Shown here: positions 1 through 8,838 of the stretch, piece by piece
Layout: every line of letters begins with the position of its first letter
Position numbering within the stretch: position 1 is the stretch's first letter
DNA from: Alienimonas californiensis
Lineage (GTDB): Bacteria; Planctomycetota; Planctomycetia; Planctomycetales; Planctomycetaceae
NCBI RefSeq assembly: GCF_007743815.1
Contig: NZ_CP036265.1
Location: 4,149,059-4,213,058, forward strand
Length of the DNA: 64,000 bases
Reading direction: 5' to 3'
Made by a program: the position numbers and the translations under genes
Notes under the pieces: generated by a model
The model's database searches: none
The model's input: the letters and a program-made list of their open reading frames with translations, nothing else
What the model was told of the DNA's origin: nothing

Positions 1-426
1 CCGTTCGAAGGCCGTCAGGTCGGCCCGGGGCAGCAGGCGGACGCCGGGCTCCGGGTACGGCAGGCTAGCGCTCTTCCAGTGACTCACCGCCGCGTGCCGC
101 ACCTTGGCGGCGGCCCGCAGGGCCGGATGCTTCGTATCCAGCAGCTTCTTGCTGGCGGACAGGCTGCCGGACTCGGCGTCGAAGGGGCTGGCGGCGTCCT
201 CCTTCTGTTCGGCGGACAGCGTCCGCCGCAGGCCGGGCCAGGAGACGTGCAGCCGGACCGCGGCAGCGTCGCTCCGCAGGCGATCGGCGGGCGCCTGCTC
301 ACGGTGATCCCGCTCCTCCTCGAGGACGGTGATCTCTGCGGCGCCCTGGTCGGTCTCGGCGTCGGGCAGGTCCGGGTCGTCTGTGCGGGTACGCCCGCGT
401 CGCGGCGGGCCGATCAGCAGGGTCAT
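1..426 (-). CDS. Hypothetical protein, 5' portion only (start ATG at 426-424, continues beyond the left edge; 142 codons visible, no stop)
   Basis: Manual reverse-complement translation gives MTLLIGPPRRGRTRTDDPDLPDAETDQGAAEITVLEEERDHREQAPADRLRSDAAAVRLHVSWPGLRRTLSAEQKEDAASPFDAESGSLSASKKLLDTKHPALRAAAKVRHAAVSHWKSASLPYPEPGVRLLPRADLTAFER. Balanced amino-acid composition. GAGGAA Shine-Dalgarno about 8 nt upstream. Begins immediately after the intrinsic terminator of the upstream AAA ATPase gene. Not in the ORF track because it lacks a stop inside the window. Confidence 0.45.
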   Translation of the reverse strand, partial: MTLLIGPPRRGRTRTDDPDLPDAETDQGAAEITVLEEERDHREQAPADRLRSDAAAVRLHVSWPGLRRTLSAEQKEDAASPFDAESGSLSASKKLLDTKHPALRAAAKVRHAAVSHWKSASLPYPEPGVRLLPRADLTAFER

Positions 427-443
427 GGGCTTGTTCCTCAGGA

Positions 444-480
444 GGGGGAAAAGAAAACGCCCCGGCGAAGAGCCGGGGCG
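444..480 (-). terminator. Intrinsic terminator downstream of the AAA ATPase gene (minus-strand stem GCCCCGGC-loop-GCCGGGGC followed by UUUUCUUUUCCCCC)
   Basis: Plus strand reads gggggaaaagaaaacgccccggcgaagagccggggcg; on the minus strand a GC-rich hairpin is followed by a T-rich run, 30 nt after the stop at 511. Confidence 0.6.
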
Positions 481-510
481 TGGTGAAGGAGTTGCCGGTG
501 AAGACCGGCG

Positions 511-2076
511 TCAGTTCAGCGAGTGGTTCTGCTTCGCGGGCCGGCTGGTCCGCCGGCGGGGGGCGTCGGGCGACTGCGAATCGTCGCCGGGGCGAAACAC
601 CCCGCCGGCCTCGGCGTCCAGGCAGCGGCCGCTGGCCCACCGCCGCAACTTCGCCAGCGGCTCCGCCGCGGAGACGCTCACCGGCACCACGTGCGTCGCC
701 GCCTCGGCCAGGCTCACGCCCAGCAGGGCGCTCAACCGGCAACAGGATTCGATCTCGGCCCCGGTCCAGCCGACGTCCGCGGGCGTGGATTCGCCCGCGG
801 CGATCCCGTAGCGCTCGCGGTACGTCTCCCAAATGCCCGCCCGCTGCTCGTCTCCGGGCAGGTCCAGGAAGAAGGTCGCGTCGAACCGCCCGCTGCGGGT
901 CAGCTCCGGGGGCAGGCGGGAGGCGTCGTTGGCCGTGCAGACCACAAACACCCCCGCCGGTCGGTCGGCGAGCCAACTCAGCAGCGTGCCGAGCAGACGG
1001 GCCGAGACGCCGGAGTCCTGGGCGCCGCCGGAGGTCCCGGCCAGCGCCCGCTCGACCTCGTCGACGAACAGCACGCAGGGGGCCATGGCCTCGACGGTCG
1101 CCAGCGCCCGGCGGGTGTTTTCTTCGGTGGCGCCGACGAGGCCGGCCATCAGGCCGCCCACGTCCAGCGTGAGCGTCGGGCGGTCGACTTCGCGGCCCAG
1201 CGCCCGGGCGAAGCTGCTCTTGCCGACCCCGCCGGGGCCGAGCAGCAGCACGCCCTTGGCCTCGGCCCGCGGGGAGCCGTTCGTCAGCGCCGTCCGGCAG
1301 AAGACCTTCAGGGCCTGCATGCCGCCGAGGGCGTCGAAGCCGACGCCGCCGCGATGCAGCGACAGCGGACCGCCCGCGGACAGCTGCTTCGCCTTGAGTT
1401 CCCACAGCGGCCCGGGATCGAGCCGGCCGTGCCGCACGAGACTCAGGGCGAAGGCGTTCTCCGCCTCGCCGCGGGTCAGACCGGCGGCAGCGTCGAGGAC
1501 CGGCGTGAGCGGCTCGGGCAGTTCGCCGGCCTCCGTGGCGACGCCCCGGGCGACGGCCTCCAGCTCGTCCCGGTCCGGCAGCGGGTGGGCGACGGTCGCG
1601 AAGTCCCGTCGCAGCTCCGGGGGCAGCTCTCCGGTCGGCTGGATCAGAATCAGGTGCGTCCGGCGGGTCTTGCCGGCGGCCAGCGCCGTCCGCACCGCGG
1701 CGAGCAGCTCCGGGCTGTTGAAGTACCGCTGCGGGTGCACCATGGCGAGCAGCGATGGCGTCTCGCCGTCGCCGGTGTTCGGCAGGGCGCTCACGGCGCT
1801 CTGCGGGTCGGTCGGACCGCCCTCGCAGTTTCCGTCGGCGGACCAGCTGACGAGGTTCCAGTTCCGCCCGCTGCACAGCCGGGCGAGGTCGCGGAGCACC
1901 TCGCCGGGCTCGTCGCTGGTCACCAGCACGCCGGGGAAGGCGGCGGCGATCAGCTCGGCCAACTTCCCGACCAGACCGGCGGCCGGGGCCGGCGGTGAGG
2001 AATCGGATCGGTCGCGGCGGGGACCGCGGTCTCGGCCTGGCTGCTGCGGGGACTGGCCCCGCGATCGACGCGGCAT
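511..2076 (-). CDS. AAA+ family ATPase (classic AAA module with an approximately 250-aa N-terminal domain of unknown function)
   Basis: Walker A GPGGVGKS, Walker B VLFVDEVERA, sensor/SRH region CTANDASRLPPELTRSGRFD. First gene downstream of the DUF1257 and DUF2997 genes on the same strand. Confidence 0.85.
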   Translation of the reverse strand: MPRRSRGQSPQQPGRDRGPRRDRSDSSPPAPAAGLVGKLAELIAAAFPGVLVTSDEPGEVLRDLARLCSGRNWNLVSWSADGNCEGGPTDPQSAVSALPNTGDGETPSLLAMVHPQRYFNSPELLAAVRTALAAGKTRRTHLILIQPTGELPPELRRDFATVAHPLPDRDELEAVARGVATEAGELPEPLTPVLDAAAGLTRGEAENAFALSLVRHGRLDPGPLWELKAKQLSAGGPLSLHRGGVGFDALGGMQALKVFCRTALTNGSPRAEAKGVLLLGPGGVGKSSFARALGREVDRPTLTLDVGGLMAGLVGATEENTRRALATVEAMAPCVLFVDEVERALAGTSGGAQDSGVSARLLGTLLSWLADRPAGVFVVCTANDASRLPPELTRSGRFDATFFLDLPGDEQRAGIWETYRERYGIAAGESTPADVGWTGAEIESCCRLSALLGVSLAEAATHVVPVSVSAAEPLAKLRRWASGRCLDAEAGGVFRPGDDSQSPDAPRRRTSRPAKQNHSLN

Positions 2077-2137
2077 CGGCGTCTCCTTCGTGTGGGTTGA
2101 GGGGATGTGAAAGAACGTGCAGCCGATCAGCGGGCGA

Positions 2138-2332
2138 TCAGGCCCGCTGCTCGACCGTTGGGGCGACAGACTCGGTCGCGTGGTACTCCGGGGTGAGCCA
2201 CTCGGCGGCCTTGGCTCCGAGCGCCTCCTCGTACGGCCGGCTGGCCGCCTTGCAGGCGGAACCGGCGAAGCCCTTGGTCTGGACGCTGGTCTCGCCCTCG
2301 GGCGTGACGGTGATCTCGATGCGGGGGGTCAT
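2138..2332 (-). CDS. DUF2997 family small protein
   Basis: MTPRIEITVTPEGETSVQTKGFAGSACKAASRPYEEALG matches the DUF2997 pattern (MPRIEI..P.G...V.TKGF.G..C). Its start overlaps the stop of the upstream DUF1257 gene (TGATG). Confidence 0.7.
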   Translation of the reverse strand: MTPRIEITVTPEGETSVQTKGFAGSACKAASRPYEEALGAKAAEWLTPEYHATESVAPTVEQRA

Positions 2333-2739
2333 CAGGCGGCCCCCCCGTAGATCTGGTGCGGCGTGCCGCCGAAGCCGGCGGCCCCGGCGGTGACGGTCAG
2401 CTTCACGCCGCCGTCGGGCAGCGAAGTCTCCGTGATCCGGTGCCCGCGGGCTTTGGCCTGCAGCTTGGCGGCCTCGACGGCGTACGCCTGCTTCAGGCGG
2501 CCGAGGAAGGCGTCGTCGCCCCAGCGGCCTTCGTAGGTATCGCAGCGAACGTTCCCGTCGGATTGCACCAGCACGGGGTAGACGAACCCCGGCGGGCGGA
2601 CGGCGATGCCGCGGTGCTCAGCGCCGTCGAAGAATTTGACGGTCTCCTGTCGCGGCTCCGGCAGTTTCAGCCGGACGCAGGCGGCATGGATCGCCGCGGG
2701 GTCTCTCAGTTTCGTCTCAATGGTGACGACGTGGCTCAT
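2332..2739 (-). CDS. DUF1257 (Ycf35-like) family protein
   Basis: N-terminal MSHVVTIETKLRD and the internal pattern W.DDAFLGRLKQAYAVEAAKLQA...DGGVKLTV are typical of DUF1257/Ycf35 proteins. First gene of a three-gene co-oriented module (DUF1257, DUF2997, AAA ATPase). Confidence 0.7.
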   Translation of the reverse strand: MSHVVTIETKLRDPAAIHAACVRLKLPEPRQETVKFFDGAEHRGIAVRPPGFVYPVLVQSDGNVRCDTYEGRWGDDAFLGRLKQAYAVEAAKLQAKARGHRITETSLPDGGVKLTVTAGAAGFGGTPHQIYGGAA

Positions 2740-2787
2740 GGGGCCGCGTCCTTTCGGGTAAGGGGATGGATGGAAATGCGGGATCTG

Positions 2788-3134
2788 CTATGGCAGCCGC
2801 AGCGGGCGGCGGAGCGGGTCCGGCGGGGGGCTGGTGTGTGTGGAAGGGACTTGCGGCGACGGACCGCGAAACCGGCCACGGCTGTCGCGGCGGGGACCGC
2901 GGTTCCGTTTGCGGTCGCCGCGGGGGCGCCGCTCGTCGTGCCGGGGTGGTGGGGGTTGGACGATCCACGCCCCCAGGGCGACCAGCGCCGCCCCGAGGGC
3001 GAGCAGCAGCACGGCGGGGAACAGGTCGTTCGCCCAGGGGCCGGACGTCGGTACGGGCTCGGCGAAGGCGAGCGGCTGGACTGTCAGGGGTGTCAGGGGC
3101 AGTCGAGTGGCCGCTGCGGGCGGCGGGTCGGGCA
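2788..3134 (-). CDS. Possible small membrane protein (one predicted TM helix, LFPAVLLLALGAALVALGAWIV); the C-terminus is Arg-rich and may be spurious
   Basis: ATG at 3134 with one hydrophobic helix. No recognisable family. It lies between the DUF1257 gene and the integrase fragment. Confidence 0.2.
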
Positions 3135-3242
3135 TTTGTTCTTCCGACTGGGGAGGGGGGCCGGCGGGTATTCCGCGGGGTCGTCCTACAGTGCGGCGCT
3201 CCGGCTCCCCGTTTAGCACGCCGGAGCCGACGGCGTTCAGAC

Positions 3243-3641
3243 TCACCCCACCTCCCGCATCACCCGCTCGGCGGCGGCGAGGTCGCGTTCGGCGTAGATC
3301 TCGCTGGCGCCGGTGTCGCTGTGCCCCGGCACGGTGCGGGTCAGCTCGATGCCGTACTTCGCCCGCAGCTGGGTCGCCCGGGTGTGACGGAGCTGGTTCG
3401 GGGACCAGCGACATGCAGCCCGATGCTCCTTCACCTTCGCCTTCACGGCGGAGCGTTCGGCGTTCGGCAACGTCTGAATGCCGACGTGCTTCGCGGCGAG
3501 ATCCGCGGGAAGGGGGATGGCGTTCTCAGCGGCGCTGCACGCACCGGCGGTAGCTGGTCGTCGTGTACCGATGGCCGACGGACCGGACCGGTTCCTTTCT
3601 GCGGTTGGTCCCGACGCGACTGCCACAGGACTCAGAAGCAA
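3243..3641 (-). pseudogene. Tyrosine recombinase C-terminal fragment, out of frame with the upstream integrase-like gene (frameshifted tail or remnant of a second integrase)
   Basis: RSAVKAKVKEHRAACRWSPNQLRHTRATQLRAKYGIELTRTVPGHSDTGASEIYAERD carries the canonical HxxR...GHS...Y catalytic-end motifs of phage-type integrases. Only about 75 aa are conserved and the first ~50 aa of the ORF look non-coding. Confidence 0.55.
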
Positions 3642-3707
3642 TCCGAGCAGCGGTCGCGGCGCCGCGGCGGGTCGCCTCCTTGGGTCGTACCCAGCAATGG
3701 TTCTCCG

Positions 3708-5405
3708 CTACTGTTCCCGAAGCGGGCAAGTGTTTGGCAATGAAGCGTCCAACTCGGCGAGAGCGGGTCGCAGGTGCCGTCCGTACCGCTCGACCGCCTC
3801 GAACGCCGCTGACCACGGCCGGGACGAGTAATGGCGGAACAGCAGTGGACCCGAGGGGTGCGGGCTGCCGTGGCAGAGGACCGTGTCGTTGACCTCGGCG
3901 GGCACGCCCGCCTTGGTCGCCCAGCCGCTGAACTGCTTGCGGACCGTGCCGAACGGGAGCCTCGGGACAGCGCCGCCGGCCTTTTCGCAGCGGGTACGCT
4001 GGGCCGACCAACGCTTCGCCACGAGGGACTGGGCGTTCTTCAGGGCCGTCCTGCCGCTGCCGCCGTCCCGGTAGAGCGGTCCCGAGTCGACGACCAGGAC
4101 CCGCGATCCGTCGGCCGGTGGCGACCCGTTGCGTACTGTTTCGGATTCTCGCCATCCGTTCAACAGGGCGGCGGTTTCCCGCCATAGCGGCCACCACCCC
4201 GCGACGCCCGATTTCGCACGTACGAACCCCGCCCACCCGTGCGACGAATCCGGCACGTCCAGTCCTTCGCCCGCCCATGGGTGCGGCCCCGGCGGGTACA
4301 GATGGCCCCAGGTCAGACGGCCGACTTCCGCCGCCCCGCCGGCGAGGTTCAGGCCGAGGACCAGCATGAGCTGGTCCAGAGCGTCTCCGTGGCGGAGCAG
4401 CTTCGCGAGTTCGTCGTTTGTGAACGTTCGAACAACACCGGTGCCAGTGGCGGCCCGCTCGGCGGGGGTATCGGCGTCGACCTTTCGGTTGAGGCGGGGC
4501 AGGTCGGCGGGTTCCCGCCACCCGCACTCCCCGTCGAGGTGCATCCAATTCAGAGCCAGCATCAGTTCGGCGACCATCTGCCGGGCCCGCTTCACCGTGT
4601 ACCGCCCACCGCGTCGGCTCTCGGGGCGGGCCCGCCAGAAGTCGATCATTGCCCGGCACGCATCGAGGTCCAAGGCCGCCAGCGGCGTGTCCGGGTGCCG
4701 GGCGATCAGCTGCCGGACTTTCGCGTGCCGGTCCGACGCTCCGCGAGCCTCCGCCTGCACGGCGGCGAGGTAGCGGTTGAACTGCTCGTGCAGGGTGCCG
4801 GGTACTGAGACGGGAGCAGCCGGATTCTTCACCACCGACGCCGCTCCCATCACAACCGCCGCCGCCGGGGCGAGGTCGTTCGGCGGGGGCGGGACCTGTT
4901 CGCCGAGTTCGACCAGTTTCGCCGCCGACTGGTATCCCGCCTTCACGCCCATCTTCAGCCGACGAACGACCCCTGCTCGATCACCGCCTGGCCGGTCGGC
5001 CTCGTGTAGCAGCAGGTCGGCGGGAATGTGTCGGGCCAGTCGGCTACGCACCGCCGCCCGCACCTGGGCCTCCCGGGGCTTCGACAGGACGTCCGGCGGC
5101 GCTCCGTCAGGGACTGGACCGAACGGATTGCCGGCGGCCCGATACGCGGCGGGACTGACGTCGATCAGCTCCCCCTGCCGCACGGACTCGGCGATTTCGA
5201 CCGCCAGCGGGCTCCACTCGCCGAATGCTTCGTGGACCGTTCGCAACACGTCCCGCCGCCGGGCCGCTTCAACCTGCGAGACCTCCCGCGGGAACGTGAA
5301 CTTCCGCCGCGATCCTGCCGGTCCCACCGAGACCTGACAGCGGCCTCTGGAGTCCGGCTTGGGCAGCCCCGTCTTGCGGGAAGCGGCGGGTTTCGGAGCA
5401 GCCAT
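3708..5405 (-). CDS. Tyrosine-type site-specific recombinase/integrase-like protein (about 566 aa, atypical)
   Basis: N-terminal MAAPKPAASRKTGLPKPDSRGR... from the ATG near 5405. Contains core-like segments (AEVGRLTWGHL, FVRAKSGVAGWWPLWRETAALL). The C-terminal segment VRKQFSGWATKAGVPAEVNDTVLCHGSPHPSGPLLFRHYS loosely aligns to the HxLRHTFAT...LGH...Y region but is degenerate (H of HxxR absent). Lies immediately 3' of ssrA, the classic island integration site. The ORF-track start at 5549 is probably upstream of the true start. Confidence 0.6.
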   Translation of the reverse strand: MAAPKPAASRKTGLPKPDSRGRCQVSVGPAGSRRKFTFPREVSQVEAARRRDVLRTVHEAFGEWSPLAVEIAESVRQGELIDVSPAAYRAAGNPFGPVPDGAPPDVLSKPREAQVRAAVRSRLARHIPADLLLHEADRPGGDRAGVVRRLKMGVKAGYQSAAKLVELGEQVPPPPNDLAPAAAVVMGAASVVKNPAAPVSVPGTLHEQFNRYLAAVQAEARGASDRHAKVRQLIARHPDTPLAALDLDACRAMIDFWRARPESRRGGRYTVKRARQMVAELMLALNWMHLDGECGWREPADLPRLNRKVDADTPAERAATGTGVVRTFTNDELAKLLRHGDALDQLMLVLGLNLAGGAAEVGRLTWGHLYPPGPHPWAGEGLDVPDSSHGWAGFVRAKSGVAGWWPLWRETAALLNGWRESETVRNGSPPADGSRVLVVDSGPLYRDGGSGRTALKNAQSLVAKRWSAQRTRCEKAGGAVPRLPFGTVRKQFSGWATKAGVPAEVNDTVLCHGSPHPSGPLLFRHYSSRPWSAAFEAVERYGRHLRPALAELDASLPNTCPLREQ

Positions 5406-5573
5406 CAACGGGTTGGGAGGCGGAGGCGAGGGAGGCGCTCGGGACCGACTATGCCACCCGATATTCGCCCTTATGCCACCCACTATGCCACCCAGTCGTT
5501 CCTTTCGCGAGTCACAGGGAGCCCGCCAGGACCTCGGTGCGTTCTGCAATCCTTTGTCGGCAAAGCAGATACG

Positions 5574-5603
5574 AAAAAACCCGCCCCGGCGGACCGGGGC
5601 GGG
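5574..5603 (-). terminator. Intrinsic terminator of ssrA (minus-strand stem CCCGCCCCGG/CCGGGGCGGG followed by U6)
   Basis: Plus strand reads aaaaaacccgccccggcggaccggggcggg, directly abutting the tmRNA 3' end at 5611. Confidence 0.65.
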
Positions 5604-5610
5604 TCAGTGG

Positions 5611-5965
5611 AGGCGGGGGGAATTGAACCCCCGTCCTGCGAACGCTGAGCCGAAGCCTCTACGTGCGTAGTCCTTTGATTGATCTTACGTCGGCCGGTTC
5701 ATCGGACAAAACCGGTTCGACGCCAGCCCACCACGGGGTTCGCTTCATCAGTAGCGGGCGCTGGGATGAAGCTAGTCGGATTTGTGACCGACTTTCAGGC
5801 GCCTCCGACGTGGCCCCTTCAGTCGGCACGGTCTAGGGTTACTAGGCCGCGAGGGAGAACTGCGGTTTGGCAGTCATCGTTGTGATCGGCTTTTTACGAG
5901 GCCAACCGATCAACCTCGGCACGCCACCCCGACCCGAGACGGACCAGTCGAATCCGATCGCCCCC
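5611..5965 (-). ncRNA. ssrA: Transfer-messenger RNA (tmRNA, SsrA), about 355 nt
   Basis: On the minus strand the 5' end is GGGGGCGAUCGGAUUCGACUGG and the 3' end is ...GGGGGUUCAAUUCCCCCCGCCUCCA (T-arm GGGGG-UUCAAUU-CCCCC). The 7-bp acceptor stem GGGGGCG/CGCCUCC has a G3:U70 wobble, the alanine identity element. An internal tag reading frame ends ...GCC AAA CCG CAG UUC UCC CUC GCG GCC UAG UAA, i.e. ...AKPQFSLAA followed by a double stop. CCA is not genome-encoded. Confidence 0.85.
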
Positions 5966-6098
5966 GGTACGGCGTGACCCGGAACCGCCCGCGACGTTCG
6001 CACGCGGCTCCGAACACGTCCCTATTATCGCACAGCACGCAGCATCGTCAAGAGGGGAACGCGGAGGCCCGGCCGGGCCTCCGCGATACGAACCTGAC

Positions 6099-7206
6099 TT
6101 AGCCGTTGGAGTTCTTCTTCACCGTGTATTGGTGGTTCCGCTTGGAGACCACCTCGGCGTTCTGGATCTCGTCGCCGATCTGCAGGCTGTCCACGACTTC
6201 CTGTCCTTCGATCACCCGGCCGTAGACGGTGTGCTTGCCGTTGAGGTGCGGGGTGGGCAGGTGGGTCAGGAAGAACTGGCTGCCGGCCGTGTTCGGACCG
6301 CTGTTCGCCGCGGACAGGGTGCCGCGGAAGTGCTTGCGGGCGCCGGGGTTATTGAACTCGCTGTCGATCGCGTAGCCGGGGCCGCCGCGGCCGTCGTCGG
6401 TGGGGTCGTCGTTCTTGGAGTTCGGGTCGCCGCCCTGAGCCATGAAGTTCGGGATGACGCGGTGGAACTTCACGCCGTCGTAGAAGCCGCTCTCCACCAG
6501 CGTGATCATGTTCGCGACGGCGTTAGGGGCTTCCTCTTCGAACAGTTCCAGGGTGACGTCGCCCTTGGTGGTCTTGAAGACGACGCGGGGCAGATTCATC
6601 GAGGCCTGCTTCTGGCGGGTCGCCTGCTCCTGGGCCCAGAACTGGGCGTACTCCGGGGCGGCCTCGGCGAAGCTGGCGAACTGGGGGAGCAGCACGCCGG
6701 CGGCCTCGGCCTTGGCGAAGTTCTGCTGCGCCTCAGTGAACTTCTGCAGGGCGAACTGCGACGCCGGCAGCAGGTTCAGGCCGATGCGGTTCTGCGGGGC
6801 GGTGGCGAGCAGCTTCTTGGAGAACTGCTCCGCGTTGGCGTAGTCGTTCTCGCCGAAGGCGTTGGTGGCGGCCCAGACGGCGACCGACTCGCTGAGCTGC
6901 GGGGCGGCCTGGGCGGCGGTCATCAGCGCGTTCCGCTGCTGGACCACGTTTGTCTGGAAGTCCTTGAAGAGCTGCTCGCCCTCCGCCTCGATCTGCTTCT
7001 TCCGGGCCTCGTCGGCGTCGCGGTACTGCGTCTGCAGTTCGACGACCTTCTCGTCCAGGGCCGTCTCGCGGGCTCGGATCGCTTCGAGTTGGGCGTCAAG
7101 ATTGCCCTGGGCGAACGCCGTCGGGGCCGGGAGGCCGGCGACGCAGACGGCGAGCAGCGCCGCGGTCAGCAGTCGGCGAGAGCGCGGCTGGAAGGAGAAA
7201 CGCATG
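6099..7206 (-). CDS. Peptidyl-prolyl cis-trans isomerase, cyclophilin type, with signal peptide and coiled-coil N-domain
   Basis: C-terminal FHRVIPNFMAQGGDP...GRVIEG cyclophilin signature. Signal peptide MRFSFQPRSRRLLTAALLAVCVAGLPAPTAFAQ. Start ATG mapped at 7206-7204; the longer track ORF 6099..7310 has an implausible N-terminus. Confidence 0.85.
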
Positions 7207-7334
7207 AGCGGTTTGGATCGGTCGAGAGGTTCGGGGGGATTCGGTGGCCGATGCTGACCGCCGACCCGGGCTCCGTCAACGGGGCGGACCCGATGGTCTC
7301 CCGCCAACACTGGGGGACGCCGCCGGATCGCCGG

Positions 7335-8507
7335 TCAGAACCGGGCGACTTGCCGCAGCGTAATCAAGCCCCAGGCGCCGATCAGCAGGTTGCCGACCCA
7401 CACCGTCCAGCGGGGGTCGGCGTCCCCGTGCTTCGCCAGGTTCAGCATCCCCAACGTGATCGGGTAGTACACCAGCAGGATCGGCACGAAGCAGATCATG
7501 AAGGTGGTTAGGAAGCTGCTCCGGCCCAGCTTGATGCTGAACGTGCCGCCGATCAGGGCGAAGAACAGGCAGCTCGCCGCCATCGCCGGCCGGGAGTAGA
7601 TCTCCGTGAGCACCTTGTATTCGGGGATGCGCACCTTCGTCGGCGCCGGCGGGGAGGGCGCCAGTCGGTCCGGCCGGGGGAGTTCGCCGAGCATGAGGTC
7701 CAGCGTGGCGACCGCCGCGGCGTGTCGCTCCCGGGCGGCGGTGTTCTCCCGCAACAGATCGAGTTGGCGGAACAGGTCGGTGGTCGTCCGGTGGCGGGGC
7801 TTCGTCTCCTCCTCGGAGTTGCCCAGCGGGAAGGAACGCACCTCCCGTTCAAAGTAGCCGTTGACCCGCCCGCCGGATTGGAGCAGGCCGTGGTGCATCT
7901 CCACCCGCACCACGTTCTCCTCCAAATCGAACGAGACGTTGGCCCGCTCCGCGGTGACGGTGACGGGGCTGCGGCCGGCCGGGGCGTAGCGGAACTGCGG
8001 GCCGATCAGCGTCTTGCCCTCCACCGCCCGGGCGGTGATCATCAGGCCGCGCTCCGGGTCGCTGAAGCGATTGGTCGTGCGGAGGAAGTCCAGGAACAGA
8101 TCCTCCATCGCGTCGGAAACGATCTTCTGGATATTCGCCATCGCCCACGGGATGACGCGGTCGGTCAGCACGAAGCTGGAGATGCTGAGCGCCGCGGCCA
8201 GCAGGAACGCCGGGGCGAGCAGCGTGAAGACGTGGGCGCCCGCGGCCTTCGCGGCGATCACCTCCTGATCGCCCCCCATCCGGCCGTACACGATGCAGAC
8301 GCTCAGCAGCAGCGTCGCCGGGATCGTGAATGGCATCAGCGACGGCACGATGTACGGCAGAATCTGTGCGATCTGCTCCGCCCCCAATCCTTCCTCGCTG
8401 GCCCGCTGGGCGACCCCCACGAACACCAGCAGGATCGTCAGCACCGCTAGCAGGAAGCCGAACACCCGCAGCAGTTCCCACAGAATCGCCCGTTGGATCA
8501 ATCGCAA
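7335..8507 (-). CDS. LptF/LptG family LPS export permease (YjgP/YjgQ)
   Basis: N-terminal LRLIQRAILWELLRVFGF is the typical LptF/G start. Six hydrophobic segments around a large periplasmic domain. Start assumed to be the TTG near 8507; the upstream part of track ORF 7335..9011 is Arg/Pro-rich and non-coding-like. Confidence 0.75.
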   Translation of the reverse strand: MRLIQRAILWELLRVFGFLLAVLTILLVFVGVAQRASEEGLGAEQIAQILPYIVPSLMPFTIPATLLLSVCIVYGRMGGDQEVIAAKAAGAHVFTLLAPAFLLAAALSISSFVLTDRVIPWAMANIQKIVSDAMEDLFLDFLRTTNRFSDPERGLMITARAVEGKTLIGPQFRYAPAGRSPVTVTAERANVSFDLEENVVRVEMHHGLLQSGGRVNGYFEREVRSFPLGNSEEETKPRHRTTTDLFRQLDLLRENTAARERHAAAVATLDLMLGELPRPDRLAPSPPAPTKVRIPEYKVLTEIYSRPAMAASCLFFALIGGTFSIKLGRSSFLTTFMICFVPILLVYYPITLGMLNLAKHGDADPRWTVWVGNLLIGAWGLITLRQVARF

Positions 8508-8838
8508 GGCGGCGTCTCCGGGGGCGGGCGAACGGGAACGACGGGAATGATAGCGACCGGACCGCAGGCGTGGCGGCCGAGCCTGGACGGCGGAACTCGG
8601 TTGTCGGTCGCGGAACGCGCCGAGGTCAATCCCGCACGGGCACCTACCCTCACGGGCCAGCGCACGAAGCCGCACGGGCCCGCATAAGGCGCTCGGCGGG
8701 GCTGACGGCCCGCACGGCCCGGACGTTCGGGCGGTTTCCGAGCGGGGCGCCCCCGGATTCGCTCGGAAACGGGTTGCCAGCGACGGGGCGGGGCGGTCCG
8801 ATGCGGGAGTTCTCACGCCTCCCGATCCCTCCACCGCA

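Noticed and set aside
299-2110. Long ORFs 299..1876(-), 523..1998(+), 833..2110(+) overlapping the AAA ATPase gene
   Set aside because: Extremely Arg/Pro/Gly-rich translations with no motifs. They are alternative-frame or antisense readings of a GC-rich real gene (511..2076 carries clear Walker A/B motifs).
2356-4808. ORFs 2356..3216(+), 2766..3743(+), 2834..3553(+), 3526..4659(-), 4129..4773(+), 4239..4808(+), 4777..5648(+)
   Set aside because: Low-complexity R/G/P-rich products overlapping better-supported minus-strand genes (DUF1257, integrase). Typical high-GC frame artefacts.
3243-5405. Calling the integrase region a single intact gene
   Set aside because: The canonical C-terminal HxxR/GHS/Y segment (3243..3470) is in a different frame from the 566-aa integrase-like ORF, and is separated by a stop at 3708. 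It is therefore reported as a CDS plus a pseudogene fragment, with the alternative (one frameshifted gene) noted.
6129-8481. ORFs 6129..7511(+), 7722..8450(+), 7849..8481(-)
   Set aside because: Antisense or out-of-frame relative to the cyclophilin and LptF/G genes, which have clear family signatures. Products are low complexity.
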